Source: Eledone cirrhosa (Eukaryota). From it: DNA of 64,000 bases. The notes under the pieces were generated by a model that worked only from the letters and a program-made list of their open reading frames with translations, did not search any database and was not told the origin of the DNA. The stretch covers positions 164,982,001-165,046,000 of the forward strand of contig OZ024742.1 in assembly GCA_964016885.1 (NCBI GenBank). The letters are read 5' to 3'. The position numbers were made by a program, and so were the translations under genes. Positions 36,701-52,200 of the stretch are shown here, piece after piece. Every line of letters begins with the position of its first letter. The stretch's first letter is position 1.

Positions 36701-39700
36701 CTTGGCTGGCTGGAAATTATCTCCCCTTGGAGGCTGGAATTTATCTCCCCTTAGACGGCTAGAAATTACCTCGCCTTGGACGGCTGGAAAATATGTCTCC
36801 TTGGACGGCTGGAAATTATCTCCCCTTGGACGGCTGGAAATTATCTCCCCTTGGACGGCTGGAAATTATCTCCCCTTGGACGGCTAGATATTACCTCCCC
36901 TTGGACGGCTGGAAATTATCTCCCCTTGATTTTTTTTACAAATTATCTCCCCCTGATTTTTTTTTACAAATTATCTCCCCCTGATTTTTTTTTACGAATT
37001 ATCTCCCCCCGATTTTTTTTTACAAATTATCTCCGCCTGATTTTTTTAAAAAAATTATCTCCCCTTGAACGGCTGGAAATTATCTCCCCTTGGACGGCTG
37101 GAAATTATCTCCCCTTGGACGGCTAGAAATTACCTCTCCTTGGACGGCTGAAAATTATCTCCCCTTGGACGGCTGCAAATTATCTCCCCTTGATTTTTTA
37201 ACAAATTATCTCCCCCTGATTTTTTTTTACAAATTATCTCCCCCTGATTTTTTTTTACAAATTATCTCCCCCTGATTTTTTTACAAATTATCTCCCCCTG
37301 ATTTTTTTTACAATCTCCGCCTGATTTTTTTAAAAATTATCTTCCCTTGGCTGGCGGGAAATTATCTCCCCTTGGACGGCTGGAAATTATATCCCCTTGG
37401 AAGGATGGAAATTATCTCCCCTTGGACGGCTGGAAATTATCTCCCCTTGGACGGCTGGAAATTATCTCCCCTTGGACAGCTGGAAATTATCTGCCCTTGA
37501 TTTTGTTTTTACAAATTATCTCCCCCTGATTTTTTTTACAAATTATCTCCACCTGATTTTTTAAAAAATTATCTCCCCTTGGACGGCTGGAAATTATCTC
37601 CCCTTGATTTTTTTACAAATTATCTCCCCCTGATTTTTTTTACAAATTATCTCCCCCTGATTTTTTGTTACAAATTATCTCCCCCTGATTTTTTTAAAAA
37701 TTATCTCCCCCTGATTTTTTTTACAAATTATCTCCGCCTGATTTTTTTAAATATTATCTTCCCTTGGCTGGCGGGAAATTATCTCCCCTTGGACGGCTGA
37801 AAATTATCTCCCCTTGGACGGCTGGAAATTATCTCCCCTTGATTTTTTTACAAATTATCTCCCCCTGATTTTTTTTTACAAATTATCTCCCCCTGATTTT
37901 TTTTACAAATTATCTCCCCCTGATTTTTTTTTACAAATTATCTCCCCCTGATTTTTTTACAAATTATCTCCCCTTGGCTAGCTGGAAATTATCTCCCCTT
38001 GGAGGCTGGAATTTATCTCCCCTTGGACGGCTAGAAATTACCTCTCCTTGGACGGCTGGAAAATATGTCTCCTTGGACGGCTGGATATTATCTACCCTTG
38101 GACGGCTGGAAATTATCTCCCCTTGGACGGCTGGAAATTATCTCCCCTTGGACGGCTAGATATTACCTCCCCTTGGACGGCTGGAAATTATCTCCCCTTG
38201 ATTTTTTTTACAAATTATCTCCCCCTGATTTTTTTTTACGAATTATCTCCCCCTGATTTTTTTTTACAAATTATCTCCGCCTGATTTTTTTTTTAAATTA
38301 TCTCCCCTTGAACGGCTGGAAATTATCTCCCCTTGGACGGCTGGAAATTATCTCCCCTTGGACGGCTAGAAATTACCTCTCCTTGGACGGCTGAAAATTA
38401 TCTCCCCTTGGACGGCTGCAAATTATCTCCCCTTGATTTTTTTAACAAATTATCTCCCCCTGATTTTTTTTTACAAATTATCTCCCCCTGATTTTTTTTT
38501 ACAAATTATCTACGCCTAATTTTTTTTACAAATTATCTCCCCCTGATTTTTTTTTACAAATTATCTCCCCCTGATTTTTTTTACAAATTATCTCCCCCTG
38601 ATTTTTTTTTACAAATTATCTCCCCCTGATTTTTTTACAAATTATCTCCCCCCTGAATTTTTTTACAATCTCCGCCTGATTTTTTAAAAAATTATCTTCC
38701 CTTGGCTGGCAGGAAATTATCTCCCCTTGGTCGGCTGGAAATTATATCCCCTTGGAAGGATGGAAATTATCTCCCCTTGGACGGCTGGAAATTATCTCCC
38801 CTTGGACGGCTGGAAATTACCTCCCCTTGGACAGCTGGAAATTATCTGCCCTTGATTTTGTTTTTACAAATTATCTCCCCCTGATTTTTTTTACAAATTA
38901 TCTCCACCTGATTTTTTAAAAAATTATCTCCCCTTGATTTTTTTACAAATTATCTCCCCCTGATTTTTTTTACAAATTATCTCCCCCTGATTTTTTTTTT
39001 ACAAATTATCTCCCCCTGATTTTTTTACAAATTATCTCCCCCTGATTTTTTTTACAAATTATCTCCGCCTGATTTTTTTTACAAATTATCTCCCCTTGGC
39101 TGGCTGGAAATTATCTCCCCTTGGAGGCTGGAATTTATCTCCCCTTGGACGGCTAGAAATTACCTCTCCTTGGACGGCTGGAAAATATGTCCTTGGACGG
39201 CTGGATATTATCTACCCTTGGACGGCTGGAAATTATCTCCCCTTGGACGGCTGGAAATTATCTCCCCTTGGAGGCTGGAATTTATCTCCCCTTGGACGGC
39301 TAGAAATTACCTCTCCTTGGACGGCTGGAAAATATGTCCTTGGACGGCTGGATATTACCTCCCCTTGGACGGCTGGAAATTATCTCCCCTTGATTTTTTT
39401 TACAAATTATCTCCCCCTGATTTTTTTTACAAATCTAATGATTTTAAAAAAAAAATTATCTCCCCTTCGCTGGCTGGAAATTATCTCCCCTTCGCTGGCT
39501 GGAAATTATCTCCCCTTGGACGCTGGAAATTATAGCCCCTTGGAGGGCTGGAAATTATCTTCCCTTGGACGGCTGGAAATTATCTCCCCTTGGCTCGAAA
39601 TTATCTCCCCTTGGACGGCTAGAAATTATCTCTCTTTGGACGGCTGGAAATTATCTCCCTTTGATTTTTTTTACAAATTATCTCCCCCTGATTTTTTTTA

Positions 39701-42700
39701 CAAATCTCCCCCTGATTTTTTAAAAAAAATTATCTCCCCTTCGCTGGCTGGAAATTATCTCCCCTTGGACACTGGAAATTATAGCCCCTTGGAGGGCTGG
39801 AAATTATCTTCCCTTGGACGGCTGGAAATTATCTCTGCTTGATTTTTTTTACAAATTATCTCCCCCTGATTTTTTTTTACAAATTATCCCCCCCGATTTT
39901 TTTTACAAATTATCTCCCCCTGATTTTTTTTACAAATTATCTCCCCTTGGACGGCTGGAAATTATCTCCCCTTGGACGGCTGGAAATTATCTCCCCTTGG
40001 ACGGCTAGAAATTACCTCTCCTTGGACGACTGAAAATTATCTCCCCTTGGACGGCTGCAAATTATCTCCCCTTGATTTTTTTTACAAATTATCTCCGCCT
40101 GATTTTTTTTTTAAAATTATCTCCCCTTGGACGGCTGGAAATTACCTCCCCTTGGACGGCTGGAAATTATCTCCCCTTGGACGGCTAGAAATTACCTCTC
40201 ATTGGACGGCTGAAAATTATCTCCCCTTGGACGGCTGGAAATTATCTCCCCTTGATTTCTTTTACAAATTATCTCCCCCTGATTTTTTTTTACAAATTAT
40301 CTCCCCCTGATTTTTTTTTTACAAATTATCTCCGCCTGATTTTTTTTTAAAATTATCTCTCCTTGGACGGCTGGATATTATCTCCCCTTTCATTTTTTTT
40401 ACAAATTATCTCCCCCTGATTTTTTTTTACAAATTATCTCCCCCTGATTTTTTTTTTACAAATTATCTACCCCTAATTTTTTTTTACAAATTATCTCCCC
40501 CTGATTTTTTTTACAAATTATCTCCCCCTGATTTTTTTTTTACAAATTATCTCCCCCTGATTTTTTTACAAATTATCTCCCCCTGATTTTTTTTACAAAT
40601 TATCTCCGCCTGATTTTTTTAAATATTATCTTCTCTTGGCTGGCGGGAAATTATCTCCCCTTGGACGGCTGAAAATTATCTCCCCTTGGACGGCTGGAAA
40701 TTATCTCCCCTTGATTTTTTTTACAAATTATCTCCCCCTGATTTTTTTTTACAAATTATCTCCCCCTGATTTTTTTTACAAATTATCTCCCCCTGATTTT
40801 TTTTTACAAATTATCTCCCCCTGATTTTTTTTACAAATTATCTCCCCCTGATTTTTTTACAAATTATCTCCCCTTGGCTGGCTGGAAATTATCTCCCCTT
40901 GGAGGCTGGAATTTATCTCCCCTTGGACGGCTAGAAATTACCTCTCCTTGGACGGCTGGAAAATATGTCCTTGGACGGCTGGATATTATCTACCCTTGGA
41001 CGGCTGGAAATTATCTCCCCTTGGACGGCTGGAAATTATCTCCCCTTGGACGGCTAGATATTACCTCCCCTTGGACGGCTGGAAATTATCTCCCCTTGAT
41101 TTTTTTTACAAATTATCCCCCCCTGATTTTTTTTTACAAATTATCTTCCCCTGATTTTTTTTTACAAATTATCTACCCCTGATTTTTTTTTACAAATTAT
41201 CTCCCCCTAATTTTTTTTACAAATTATCTCTCCCTGATTTTTTTTTACAAATTATCTCCCCCTGATTTTTTTTTACAAATTATCTACCCCTGATTTTTTT
41301 TTACAAATTATCTCCCCCTGATTTTTTTTACAAATTATCTCCCCCTGATTTTTTTTACAAATTATCTCCCCCTGATTTTTTTACAAATTATCTCCCCCCG
41401 ATTTTTTTTACAAATTATCTCCGCCTAATTTTTTTAAATATTATCTTCCCTTGGCTGGCGGGAAATTATCTCCCCTTGGACGGCTGAAAATTATCTCCCC
41501 TTGGACGGCTGGAAATTATCTCCCCTTGATTTTTTTACAAATTATCTCCCCCTGATTATTTTTTACAAATTATCTCCCCCTGATTTTTTTTTACAAATTA
41601 TCTCCCTCTCATTTTTTTTACAAATTATCTCCCCTTGGCTGGCTGGAAATTATCTCCCCTTGGAGGCTGGAATTTATCTCCACTTGGACGGTTAGAAATT
41701 ACCTCTCCTTGGACTGCTGGAAAATATGTCTCCTTGGACGGCTGGAAATTATCTCCCCTTGGACGGCTGGAAATTATCTCCCCTTGGACGGCTGGAAATT
41801 ATCTCTCCTCGGACGACTAGAAATTACCTCTCCTTGGACAGCTGAAAATTATCTCCCCTTGGACGGCTGGAAATTATCTCCCCTTGATTTTTTTTACAAA
41901 TTATCTCCCCCCGATTTTTTTTTACAAATTATCTCCCCCTGATTTTTTTTTACAAATTATCTCCCCCTGATTTTTTTTACAAATTATCTCCCCCTGATAT
42001 TTTTTACAAATTATCTCCCCCTGATTTTTTTACAAATTATCTCCCCTTGGCTGGCTGGAAATTATCTCCCCTTGGAGGCTGGAATTTATCTCCCCTTGGA
42101 CGGCTAGAAATTACCTCGCCTTGGACGGCTGGAAAATATGTCTCCTTGGACGGCTGGAAATTATCTCCCCTTGGACGGCTGGAAATTATCTCCCCTTGGA
42201 CGGCTGGAAATTATCTCCCCTTGGACGGCTAGATATTACCTCCCCTTGGACGGCTGGAAATTATCTCCCCTTGATTTTTTTTACAAATTATCTCCCCCTG
42301 ATTTTTTTTTTAAATTATCTCCCCTTGAACGGCTGGAAATTATCTCCCCTTGGACGGCTGGAAATTATCTCCCCTTGGACGGCTAGAAATTACCTCTCCT
42401 TGGACGGCTGAAAATTATCTCCCCTTGGACGGCTGCAAATTATCTCCCCTTGATTTTTTAACAAATTATCTCCCCCTGATTTTTTTTTACAAATTATCTC
42501 CCCCTGATTTTTTTTTACAAATTATCTACGCCTAATTTTTTTTACAAATTATCTCCCCCTGATTTTTTTTTACAAATTATCTCCCCCTGATTTTTTTTAC
42601 AAATTATCTCCCCCTGATTTTTTTTTACAAATTATTTCCCCCTGATTTTTTTACAAATTATCTCCCCCCTGATTTTTTTTACAATCTCCGCCTGATTTTT

Positions 42701-43267
42701 TTAAAAATTATCTTGCCTTGGCTGGCGGGAAATTATCTCCCCTTGGACGGCTGGAAATTATATCCCCTTGGACGGCTGGAAATTACCTCCCCTTGGACAG
42801 CTGGAAATTATCTGCCCTTGATTTTGTTTTTACAAATTATCTCCCCCTGATTTTTTTTACAAATTATCTCCACCTGATTTTTTAAAAAATTATCTCCCCT
42901 TGGACGGCTGGAAATTATCTCCCCTTGATTTTTTTACAAATTATCTCCCCCTGATTTTTTTTACAAATTATCTCCCCCTGATTTTTTTTTACAAATTATC
43001 TCCCCCTGATTTTTTTACAAATTATCTCCCCCTGATTTTTTTTACAAATTATCTCCGCCTGATTTTTTTAAATATTATCTTCCCTTGGCTGGCGGGAAAT
43101 TATCTCCCCTTGGACGGCTGATAATTATCTCCCCTTGGACGGCTGGAAATTATCTCCCCTTGATTTTTTTTACAAATTATCTCCCCCTGATTTTTTTTTA
43201 CAAATTATCTCCCCCTGATTTTTTTTACAAATTATCTCCGCCTGATTTTTTTAAATATTATCTTCCC
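33775..43267 (+). repeat. ~9.3-9.5 kb higher-order repeat, copy 1
   Basis: Pseudo-ORF pairs: 33899/43392, 34786/44279, 35319/44812 (9,493); 36289/45755, 37974/47440, 39096/48562 (9,466); 40874/50134 (9,260); 43085/52341 (9,256). Confidence 0.9.
39425..39842 (+). repeat. Divergent-monomer cassette, copy 2
   Basis: Same rare variants in the same order as 2490-2915. The A/T tract after CTAATGA is T4-A10 here. Confidence 0.92.
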
Positions 43268-46200
43268 TTGGCTGGCTGGAAATTATCTCCCCTTGGAGGC
43301 TGGAATTTATCTCCCCTTGGACGGCTAGAAATTACCTCTCCTTGGACGGCTGGAAAATATTTCTCCTTGGACGGCTGGATATTATCTACCCTTGGACGGG
43401 TGGAAATTATCTCCCCTTGGACGGCTGGAAATTATCTCCCCTTGGACAGCTAGATATTACCTCCCCTTGGACGGCTGGAAATTATCTCCCCTTGATTTTT
43501 TTTACAAATTATCTCCCCCTGATTTTTTTTACAAATTATCTCCACCTGATTTTTTTACAAATTATCTCCCCCTGATTTTTTTTACAAATTATCTCCCCCT
43601 GATTTTTTTACAAATTATCTCCCCTTGGCTGGCTGGAAATTATCTCCCCTTGGAGGCTGGAATTTATCTCCCCTTGGACGGCTGGAAATTATCTCCCCTT
43701 GATTTTTTTTACAAATTATCTACCCCTGATTTTTTTTACAAATTATCTCCCCCTGATTTTTTTTACAAATTATCTCCCCCTGATTTTTTTACAAATTATC
43801 TCCCCCTGATTTTTTTACAAATTATCTCCCCCTGATTTTTTTTTACAAATTATCTACGCCTAATTTTTTTTACAAATTATCTCCCCCTGATTTTTTTTTA
43901 CAAATTATCTCCCCCTGATTTTTTTTTACAAATTATCTCCCCCTGATTTTTTTTTACAAATTATCTCCCCCTGATTTTTTTACAAATTATCTCCCCCCTG
44001 ATTTTTATTACAATCTCCGCCTGATTTTTTAAAAAATTATCTTCCCTTGGCTGGCGGGAAATTATCTTCCCTTGGACGGCTGGAAATTATATCCCCTTGG
44101 AAGGATGGAAATTATCTCCCCTTGGACGGCTGGAAATTATCTCCCCTTGGACGGCTGGAAATTATCTCCCCTTGGACAGCTGGAAATTATCTGCCCTTGA
44201 TTTTGTTTTTACAAATTATCTCCCCCTGATTTTTTTTACAAATTATCTCCACCTGATTTTTTAAAAAATTATCTCCCCTTGGACGGCTGGAAATTATCTC
44301 CCCTTGGCTGGAAATTATCTCCCCTTGGACGGCTAGAAATTATCTCTCTTTGGACGGCTGGAAATTATCTGCCTTTGATTTTTTTTACAAATTATCTCCC
44401 CCTGATTTTTTTTTACAAATTATCTCACCCTGATTTTTTTTACAAATTATCTCCCTCTGATTTTTTTACAAATTATCTCCCCTTGGCTGGCTGGAAATTA
44501 TCTCCCCTTGGAGGCTGGAATTTATCTCCCCTTGGACGGCTAGAAATTACCTCTCCTTGGACGGCTGGAAAATATGTCTCCTTGGACGGCTGGATATTAT
44601 CTACCCTTGGACGGCTGGAAATTATCTCCCCTTGGACGGCTGGAAATTATCTCCCCTTGGACGGCTAGATATTACCTCCCCTTGGACGGCTGGAAATTAT
44701 CTCCCCTTGATTTTTTTACAAATTATCTCCCCCTGATTTTTTTACAAATTATCTCCCCCTGATTTTTTTTACAAATTATCTCCGCCTAATTTTTTTAAAT
44801 ATTATCTTCCCTTGGCTGGCGGGAAATTATCTCCCCTTGGACGGCTGAAAATTATCTCCCCTTGGACGGCTGGAAATTATCTCCCCTTGATTTTTTTTAC
44901 AAATTATCTGCCCCTGATTTTTTTTTACAAATTATCTCCCCCTGATTTTTTTTACAAATTATCTCCCCCTGATTTTTTTACAAATTATCTCCCCTTGGCT
45001 GGCTGGAAATTATCTCCCCTTGGAGGCTGGAATTTATCTCCCCTTGGACGGCTAGAAATTACCTCTCCTTGGACGGCTGGAAAATATGTCCTTGGACGGC
45101 TGGATATTATCTACCCTTGGACGGCTGGAAATTATCTCCCCTTGGACGGCTGGAAATTATCTCCCCTTGGACGGCTAGATATTACCTCCCCTTGGACGGC
45201 TGGAAATTATCTCCCCTTGATTTTTTTTACAAATTATCTCCCCCTGATTTTTTTTTACAAATTATCTCCCCCTGATTTTTTTTTACAAATTATCTACCCC
45301 TGATTTTTTTTTACAAATTATCTCCCCCTGATTTTTTTTACAAATTATCTCCCCCTGATTTTTTTTTACAAATTATCTCCCCCTGATTTTTTTTTACAAA
45401 TTATCTACCCCTGATTTTTTTTACAAATTATCTCCCCCTGATTTTGTTTACAAATTATCTCCCCCTGATTTTTTTACAAATTATCTCCCCCTGATTTTTT
45501 TTACAAATTATCTCCGCCTAATTTTTTTAAATATTATCTTCCCTTGGCTGGCGGGAAATTATCTCCCCTTGGACGGCTGAAAATTATCTCTCCTTGGACG
45601 GCTGGAAATTATCTCCCCTTGATTTTTTTTACAAATTATCTCCCCCTGATTATTTTTTACAAATTATCTCCCCCTGATTTTTTTTTACAAATTATCTCCC
45701 CCTGATTTTTTTTACAAATTATCTCCCCCTGATTTTTTTACAAATTATCTCCCCTTGGCTGGCTGGAAATTATCTCCCCTTGGAGGCTGGAATTTATCTC
45801 CCCTTGGACGGTTAGAAATTACCTCTCCTTGGACGGCTGGAAAATATGTCTCCTTGGACGGCTGGAAATTATCGCCCCTTGGACGGCTGGAAATTATCTC
45901 CCCTTGGACGGCTGGAAATTATCTCTCCTCGGACGGCTAGAAATTACCTCTCCTTGGACAGCTGAAAATTATCTCCCCTTGGACGGCTGGAAATTATCTC
46001 CCCTTGATTTTTTTTACAAATTATCTCCCCCTGATTTTTTTTTACAAATTATCTCCCCCTGATTTTTTTTTACAAATTATCTCCCCCTGATTTTTTTTTA
46101 CAAATTATCTCCCCCTGATATTTTTTACAAACTATCTCCCCCTGATTTTTTTACAAATTATCTCCCCTTGGCTGGCTGGAAATTATCTCCCCTTGGAGGC

Positions 46201-49200
46201 TGGAATTTATCTCCCCTTAGACGGCTAGAAATTACCTCGCCTTGGACGGCTGGAAAATATGTCTCCTTGGACGGCTGGAAATTATCTCCCCTTGGACGGC
46301 TGGAAATTATCTCCCCTTGGACGGCTGGAAATTATCTCCCCTTGGACGGCTAGATATTACCTCCCCTTGGACGGCTGGAAATTATCTCCCCTTGATTTTT
46401 TTTACAAATTATCTCCCCCTGATTTTTTTTTACAAATTATCTCCCCCTGATTTTTTTTTACGAATTATCTCCCCCCGATTTTTTTTTACAAATTATCTCC
46501 GCCTGATTTTTTTAAAAAAATTATCTCCCCTTGAACGGCTGGAAATTATCTCCCCTTGGACGGCTGGAAATTATCTCCCCTTGGACGGCTAGAAATTACC
46601 TCTCCTTGGACGGCTGAAAATTATCTCCCCTTGGACGGCTGCAAATTATCTCCCCTTGATTTTTTAACAAATTATCTCCCCCTGATTTTTTTTTACAAAT
46701 TATCTCCCCCTGATTTTTTTTTACAAATTATCTCCCCCTGATTTTTTTACAAATTATCTCCCCCTGATTTTTTTTACAATCTCCGCCTGATTTTTTTAAA
46801 AATTATCTTCCCTTGGCTGGCGGGAAATTATCTCCCCTTGGACGGCTGGAAATTATATCCCCTTGGAAGGATGGAAATTATCTCCCCTTGGACGGCTGGA
46901 AATTATCTCCCCTTGGACGGCTGGAAATTATCTCCCCTTGGACAGCTGGAAATTATCTGCCCTTGATTTTGTTTTTACAAATTATCTCCCCCTGATTTTT
47001 TTTACAAATTATCTCCACCTGATTTTTTAAAAAATTATCTCCCCTTGGACGGCTGGAAATTATCTCCCCTTGATTTTTTTACAAATTATCTCCCCCTGAT
47101 TTTTTTTACAAATTATCTCCCCCTGATTTTTTGTTACAAATTATCTCCCCCTGATTTTTTTAAAAATTATCTCCCCCTGATTTTTTTTACAAATTATCTC
47201 CGCCTGATTTTTTTAAATATTATCTTCCCTTGGCTGGCGGGAAATTATCTCCCCTTGGACGGCTGAAAATTATCTCCCCTTGGACGGCTGGAAATTATCT
47301 CCCCTTGATTTTTTTACAAATTATCTCCCCCTGATTTTTTTTTACAAATTATCTCCCCCTGATTTTTTTTACAAATTATCTCCCCCTGATTTTTTTTTAC
47401 AAATTATCTCCCCCTGATTTTTTTACAAATTATCTCCCCTTGGCTAGCTGGAAATTATCTCCCCTTGGAGGCTGGAATTTATCTCCCCTTGGACGGCTAG
47501 AAATTACCTCTCCTTGGACGGCTGGAAAATATGTCTCCTTGGACGGCTGGATATTATCTACCCTTGGACGGCTGGAAATTATCTCCCCTTGGACGGCTGG
47601 AAATTATCTCCCCTTGGACGGCTAGATATTACCTCCCCTTGGACGGCTGGAAATTATCTCCCCTTGATTTTTTTTACAAATTATCTCCCCCTGATTTTTT
47701 TTTACGAATTATCTCCCCCTGATTTTTTTTTACAAATTATCTCCGCCTGATTTTTTTTTTAAATTATCTCCCCTTGAACGGCTGGAAATTATCTCCCCTT
47801 GGACGGCTGGAAATTATCTCCCCTTGGACGGCTAGAAATTACCTCTCCTTGGACGGCTGAAAATTATCTCCCCTTGGACGGCTGCAAATTATCTCCCCTT
47901 GATTTTTTTAACAAATTATCTCCCCCTGATTTTTTTTTACAAATTATCTCCCCCTGATTTTTTTTTACAAATTATCTACGCCTAATTTTTTTTACAAATT
48001 ATCTCCCCCTGATTTTTTTTTACAAATTATCTCCCCCTGATTTTTTTTACAAATTATCTCCCCCTGATTTTTTTTTACAAATTATCTCCCCCTGATTTTT
48101 TTACAAATTATCTCCCCCCTGAATTTTTTTACAATCTCCGCCTGATTTTTTAAAAAATTATCTTCCCTTGGCTGGCAGGAAATTATCTCCCCTTGGTCGG
48201 CTGGAAATTATATCCCCTTGGAAGGATGGAAATTATCTCCCCTTGGACGGCTGGAAATTATCTCCCCTTGGACGGCTGGAAATTACCTCCCCTTGGACAG
48301 CTGGAAATTATCTGCCCTTGATTTTGTTTTTACAAATTATCTCCCCCTGATTTTTTTTACAAATTATCTCCACCTGATTTTTTAAAAAATTATCTCCCCT
48401 TGATTTTTTTACAAATTATCTCCCCCTGATTTTTTTTACAAATTATCTCCCCCTGATTTTTTTTTTACAAATTATCTCCCCCTGATTTTTTTACAAATTA
48501 TCTCCCCCTGATTTTTTTTACAAATTATCTCCGCCTGATTTTTTTTACAAATTATCTCCCCTTGGCTGGCTGGAAATTATCTCCCCTTGGAGGCTGGAAT
48601 TTATCTCCCCTTGGACGGCTAGAAATTACCTCTCCTTGGACGGCTGGAAAATATGTCCTTGGACGGCTGGATATTATCTACCCTTGGACGGCTGGAAATT
48701 ATCTCCCCTTGGACGGCTGGAAATTATCTCCCCTTGGAGGCTGGAATTTATCTCCCCTTGGACGGCTAGAAATTACCTCTCCTTGGACGGCTGGAAAATA
48801 TGTCCTTGGACGGCTGGATATTACCTCCCCTTGGACGGCTGGAAATTATCTCCCCTTGATTTTTTTTACAAATTATCTCCCCCTGATTTTTTTTACAAAT
48901 CTAATGATTTTAAAAAAAAAATTATCTCCCCTTCGCTGGCTGGAAATTATCTCCCCTTCGCTGGCTGGAAATTATCTCCCCTTGGACGCTGGAAATTATA
49001 GCCCCTTGGAGGGTTGGAAATTATCTTCCCTTGGACGGCTGGAAATTATCTCCCCTTGGCTCGAAATTATCTCCCCTTGGACGGCTAGAAATTATCTCTC
49101 TTTGGACGGCTGGAAATTATCTCCCTTTGATTTTTTTTACAAATTATCTCCCCCTGATTTTTTTTACAAATCTCCCCCTGATTTTTTAAAAAAAATTATC

Positions 49201-52200
49201 TCCCCTTCGCTGGCTGGAAATTATCTCCCCTTGGACACTGGAAATTATAGCCCCTTGGAGGGCTGGAAATTATCTTCCCTTGGACGGCTGGAAATTATCT
49301 CTGCTTGATTTTTTTTACAAATTATCTCCCCCTGATTTTTTTTTACAAATTATCCCCCCCGATTTTTTTTACAAATTATCTCCCCCTGATTTTTTTTACA
49401 AATTATCTCCCCTTGGACGGCTGGAAATTATCTCCCCTTGGACGGCTGGAAATTATCTCCCCTTGGACGGCTAGAAATTACCTCTCCTTGGACGACTGAA
49501 AATTATCTCCCCTTGGACGGCTGCAAATTATCTCCCCTTGATTTTTTTTACAAATTATCTCCCCCTGATTTTTTTTTACAAATTATCTCCCCCTGATTTT
49601 TTTTTTACAAATTATCTCCGCCTGATTTTTTTTTAAAATTATCTCTCCTTGGACGGCTGGATATTATCTCCCCTTTCATTTTTTTTACAAATTATCTCCC
49701 CCTGATTTTTTTTTACAAATTATCTCCCCCTGATTTTTTTTTTACAAATTATCTACCCCTAATTTTTTTTTACAAATTATCTCCCCCTGATTTTTTTTAC
49801 AAATTATCTCCCCCTGATTTTTTTTTTACAAATTATCTCCCCCTGATTTTTTTTACAAATTATCTCCGCCTGATTTTTTTAAATATTATCTTCTCTTGGC
49901 TGGCGGGAAATTATCTCCCCTTGGACGGCTGAAAATTATCTCCCCTTGGACGGCTGGAAATTATCTCCCCTTGATTTTTTTTACAAATTATCTCCCCCTG
50001 ATTTTTTTTTACAAATTATCTGCCCCTGATTTTTTTTACAAATTATCTCCCCCTGATTTTTTTTTACAAATTATCTCCCCCTGATTTTTTTTACAAATTA
50101 TCTCCCCCTGATTTTTTTACAAATTATCTCCCCTTGGCTGGCTGGAAATTATCTCCCCTTGGAGGCTGGAATTTATCTCCCCTTGGACGGCTAGAAATTA
50201 CCTCTCCTTGGACGGCTGGAAAATATGTCCTTGGACGGCTGGATATTATCTACCCTTGGACGGCTGGAAATTATCTCCCCTTGGACGGCTGGAAATTATC
50301 TCCCCTTGGACGGCTAGATATTACCTCCCCTTGGACGGCTGGAAATTATCTCCCCTTGATTTTTTTTACAAATTATCCCCCCCTGATTTTTTTTTACAAA
50401 TTATCTCCCCCTGATTTTTTTTTACAAATTATCTATCCCTGATTTTTTTTTACAAATTATCTCCCCCTAATTTTTTTTACAAATTATCTCTCCCTGATTT
50501 TTTTTTACAAATTATCTCCCCCTGATTTTTTTTTACAAATTATCTACCCCTGATTTTTTTTTACAAATTATCTCCCCCTGATTTTTTTTACAAATTATCT
50601 CCCCCTGATTTTTTTTACAAATTATCTCCCCCTGATTTTTTTACAAATTATCTCCCCCCGATTTTTTTTACAAATTATCTCCGCCTAATTTTTTTAAATA
50701 TTATCTTCCCTTGGCTGGCGGGAAATTATCTCCCCTTGGACGGCTGAAAATTATCTCCCCTTGGACGGCTGGAAATTATCTCCCCTTGATTTTTTTACAA
50801 ATTATCTCCCCCTGATTATTTTTTACAAATTATCTCCCCCTGATTTTTTTTTACAAATTATCTCTGATTTTTTTTACAAATTATCTCCCCTTGGCTGGCT
50901 GGAAATTATCTCCCCTTGGAGGCTGGAATTTATCTCCACTTGGACGGTTAGAAATTACCTCTCCTTGGACTGCTGGAAAATATGTCTCCTTGGACGGCTG
51001 GAAATTATCTCCCCTTGGACGGCTGGAAATTATCTCCCCTTGGACGGCTGGAAATTATCTCTCCTCGGACGACTAGAAATTACCTCTCCTTGGACAGCTG
51101 AAAATTATCTCCCCTTGGACGGCTGGAAATTATCTCCCCTTGATTTTTTTTACAAATTATCTCCCCCCGATTTTTTTTTACAAATTATCTCCCCCTGATT
51201 TTTTTTTACAAATTATCTCCCCCTGATTTTTTTTACAAATTATCTCCCCCTGATATTTTTTACAAATTATCTCCCCCTGATTTTTTTACAAATTATCTCC
51301 CCTTGGCTGGCTGGAAATTATCTCCCCTTGGAGGCTGGAATTTATCTCCCCTTGGACGGCTAGAAATTACCTCGCCTTGGACGGCTGGAAAATATGTCTC
51401 CTTGGACGGCTGGAAATTATCTCCCCTTGGACGGCTGGAAATTATCTCCCCTTGGACGGCTGGAAATTATCTCCCCTTGGACGGCTAGATATTACCTCCC
51501 CTTGGACGGCTGGAAATTATCTCCCCTTGATTTTTTTTACAAATTATCTCCCCCTGATTTTTTTTTTAAATTATCTCCCCTTGAACGGCTGGAAATTATC
51601 TCCCCTTGGACGGCTGGAAATTATCTCCCCTTGGACGGCTAGAAATTACCTCTCCTTGGACGGCTGAAAATTATCTCCCCTTGGACGGCTGCAAATTATC
51701 TCCCCTTGATTTTTTAACAAATTATCTCCCCCTGATTTTTTTTTACAAATTATCTCCCCCTGATTTTTTTTTACAAATTATCTACGCCTAATTTTTTTTA
51801 CAAATTATCTCCCCCTGATTTTTTTTTACAAATTATCTCCCCCTGATTTTTTTTACAAATTATCTCCCCCTGATTTTTTTTTACAAATTATTTCCCCCTG
51901 ATTTTTTTACAAATTATCTCCCCCCTGATTTTTTTTACAATCTCCGCCTGATTTTTGTAAAAATTATCTTGCCTTGGCTGGCGGGAAATTATCTCCCCTT
52001 GGACGGCTGGAAATTATATCCCCTTGGACGGCTGGAAATTACCTCCCCTTGGACAGCTGGAAATTATCTGCCCTTGATTTTGTTTTTACAAATTATCTCC
52101 CCCTGATTTTTTTTACAAATTATCTCCACCTGATTTTTTAAAAAATTATCTCCCCTTGGACGGCTGGAAATTATCTCCCCTTGATTTTTTTACAAATTAT

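Noticed and set aside
39096-39842. Longest ORF (248 aa), duplicated at 48562-49308
   Set aside because: It is a chance read-through of the divergent cassette. The homologous copy at 2168 is broken after 117 aa by a different T/A tract, and the duplication reflects the 9,466-bp HOR offset.
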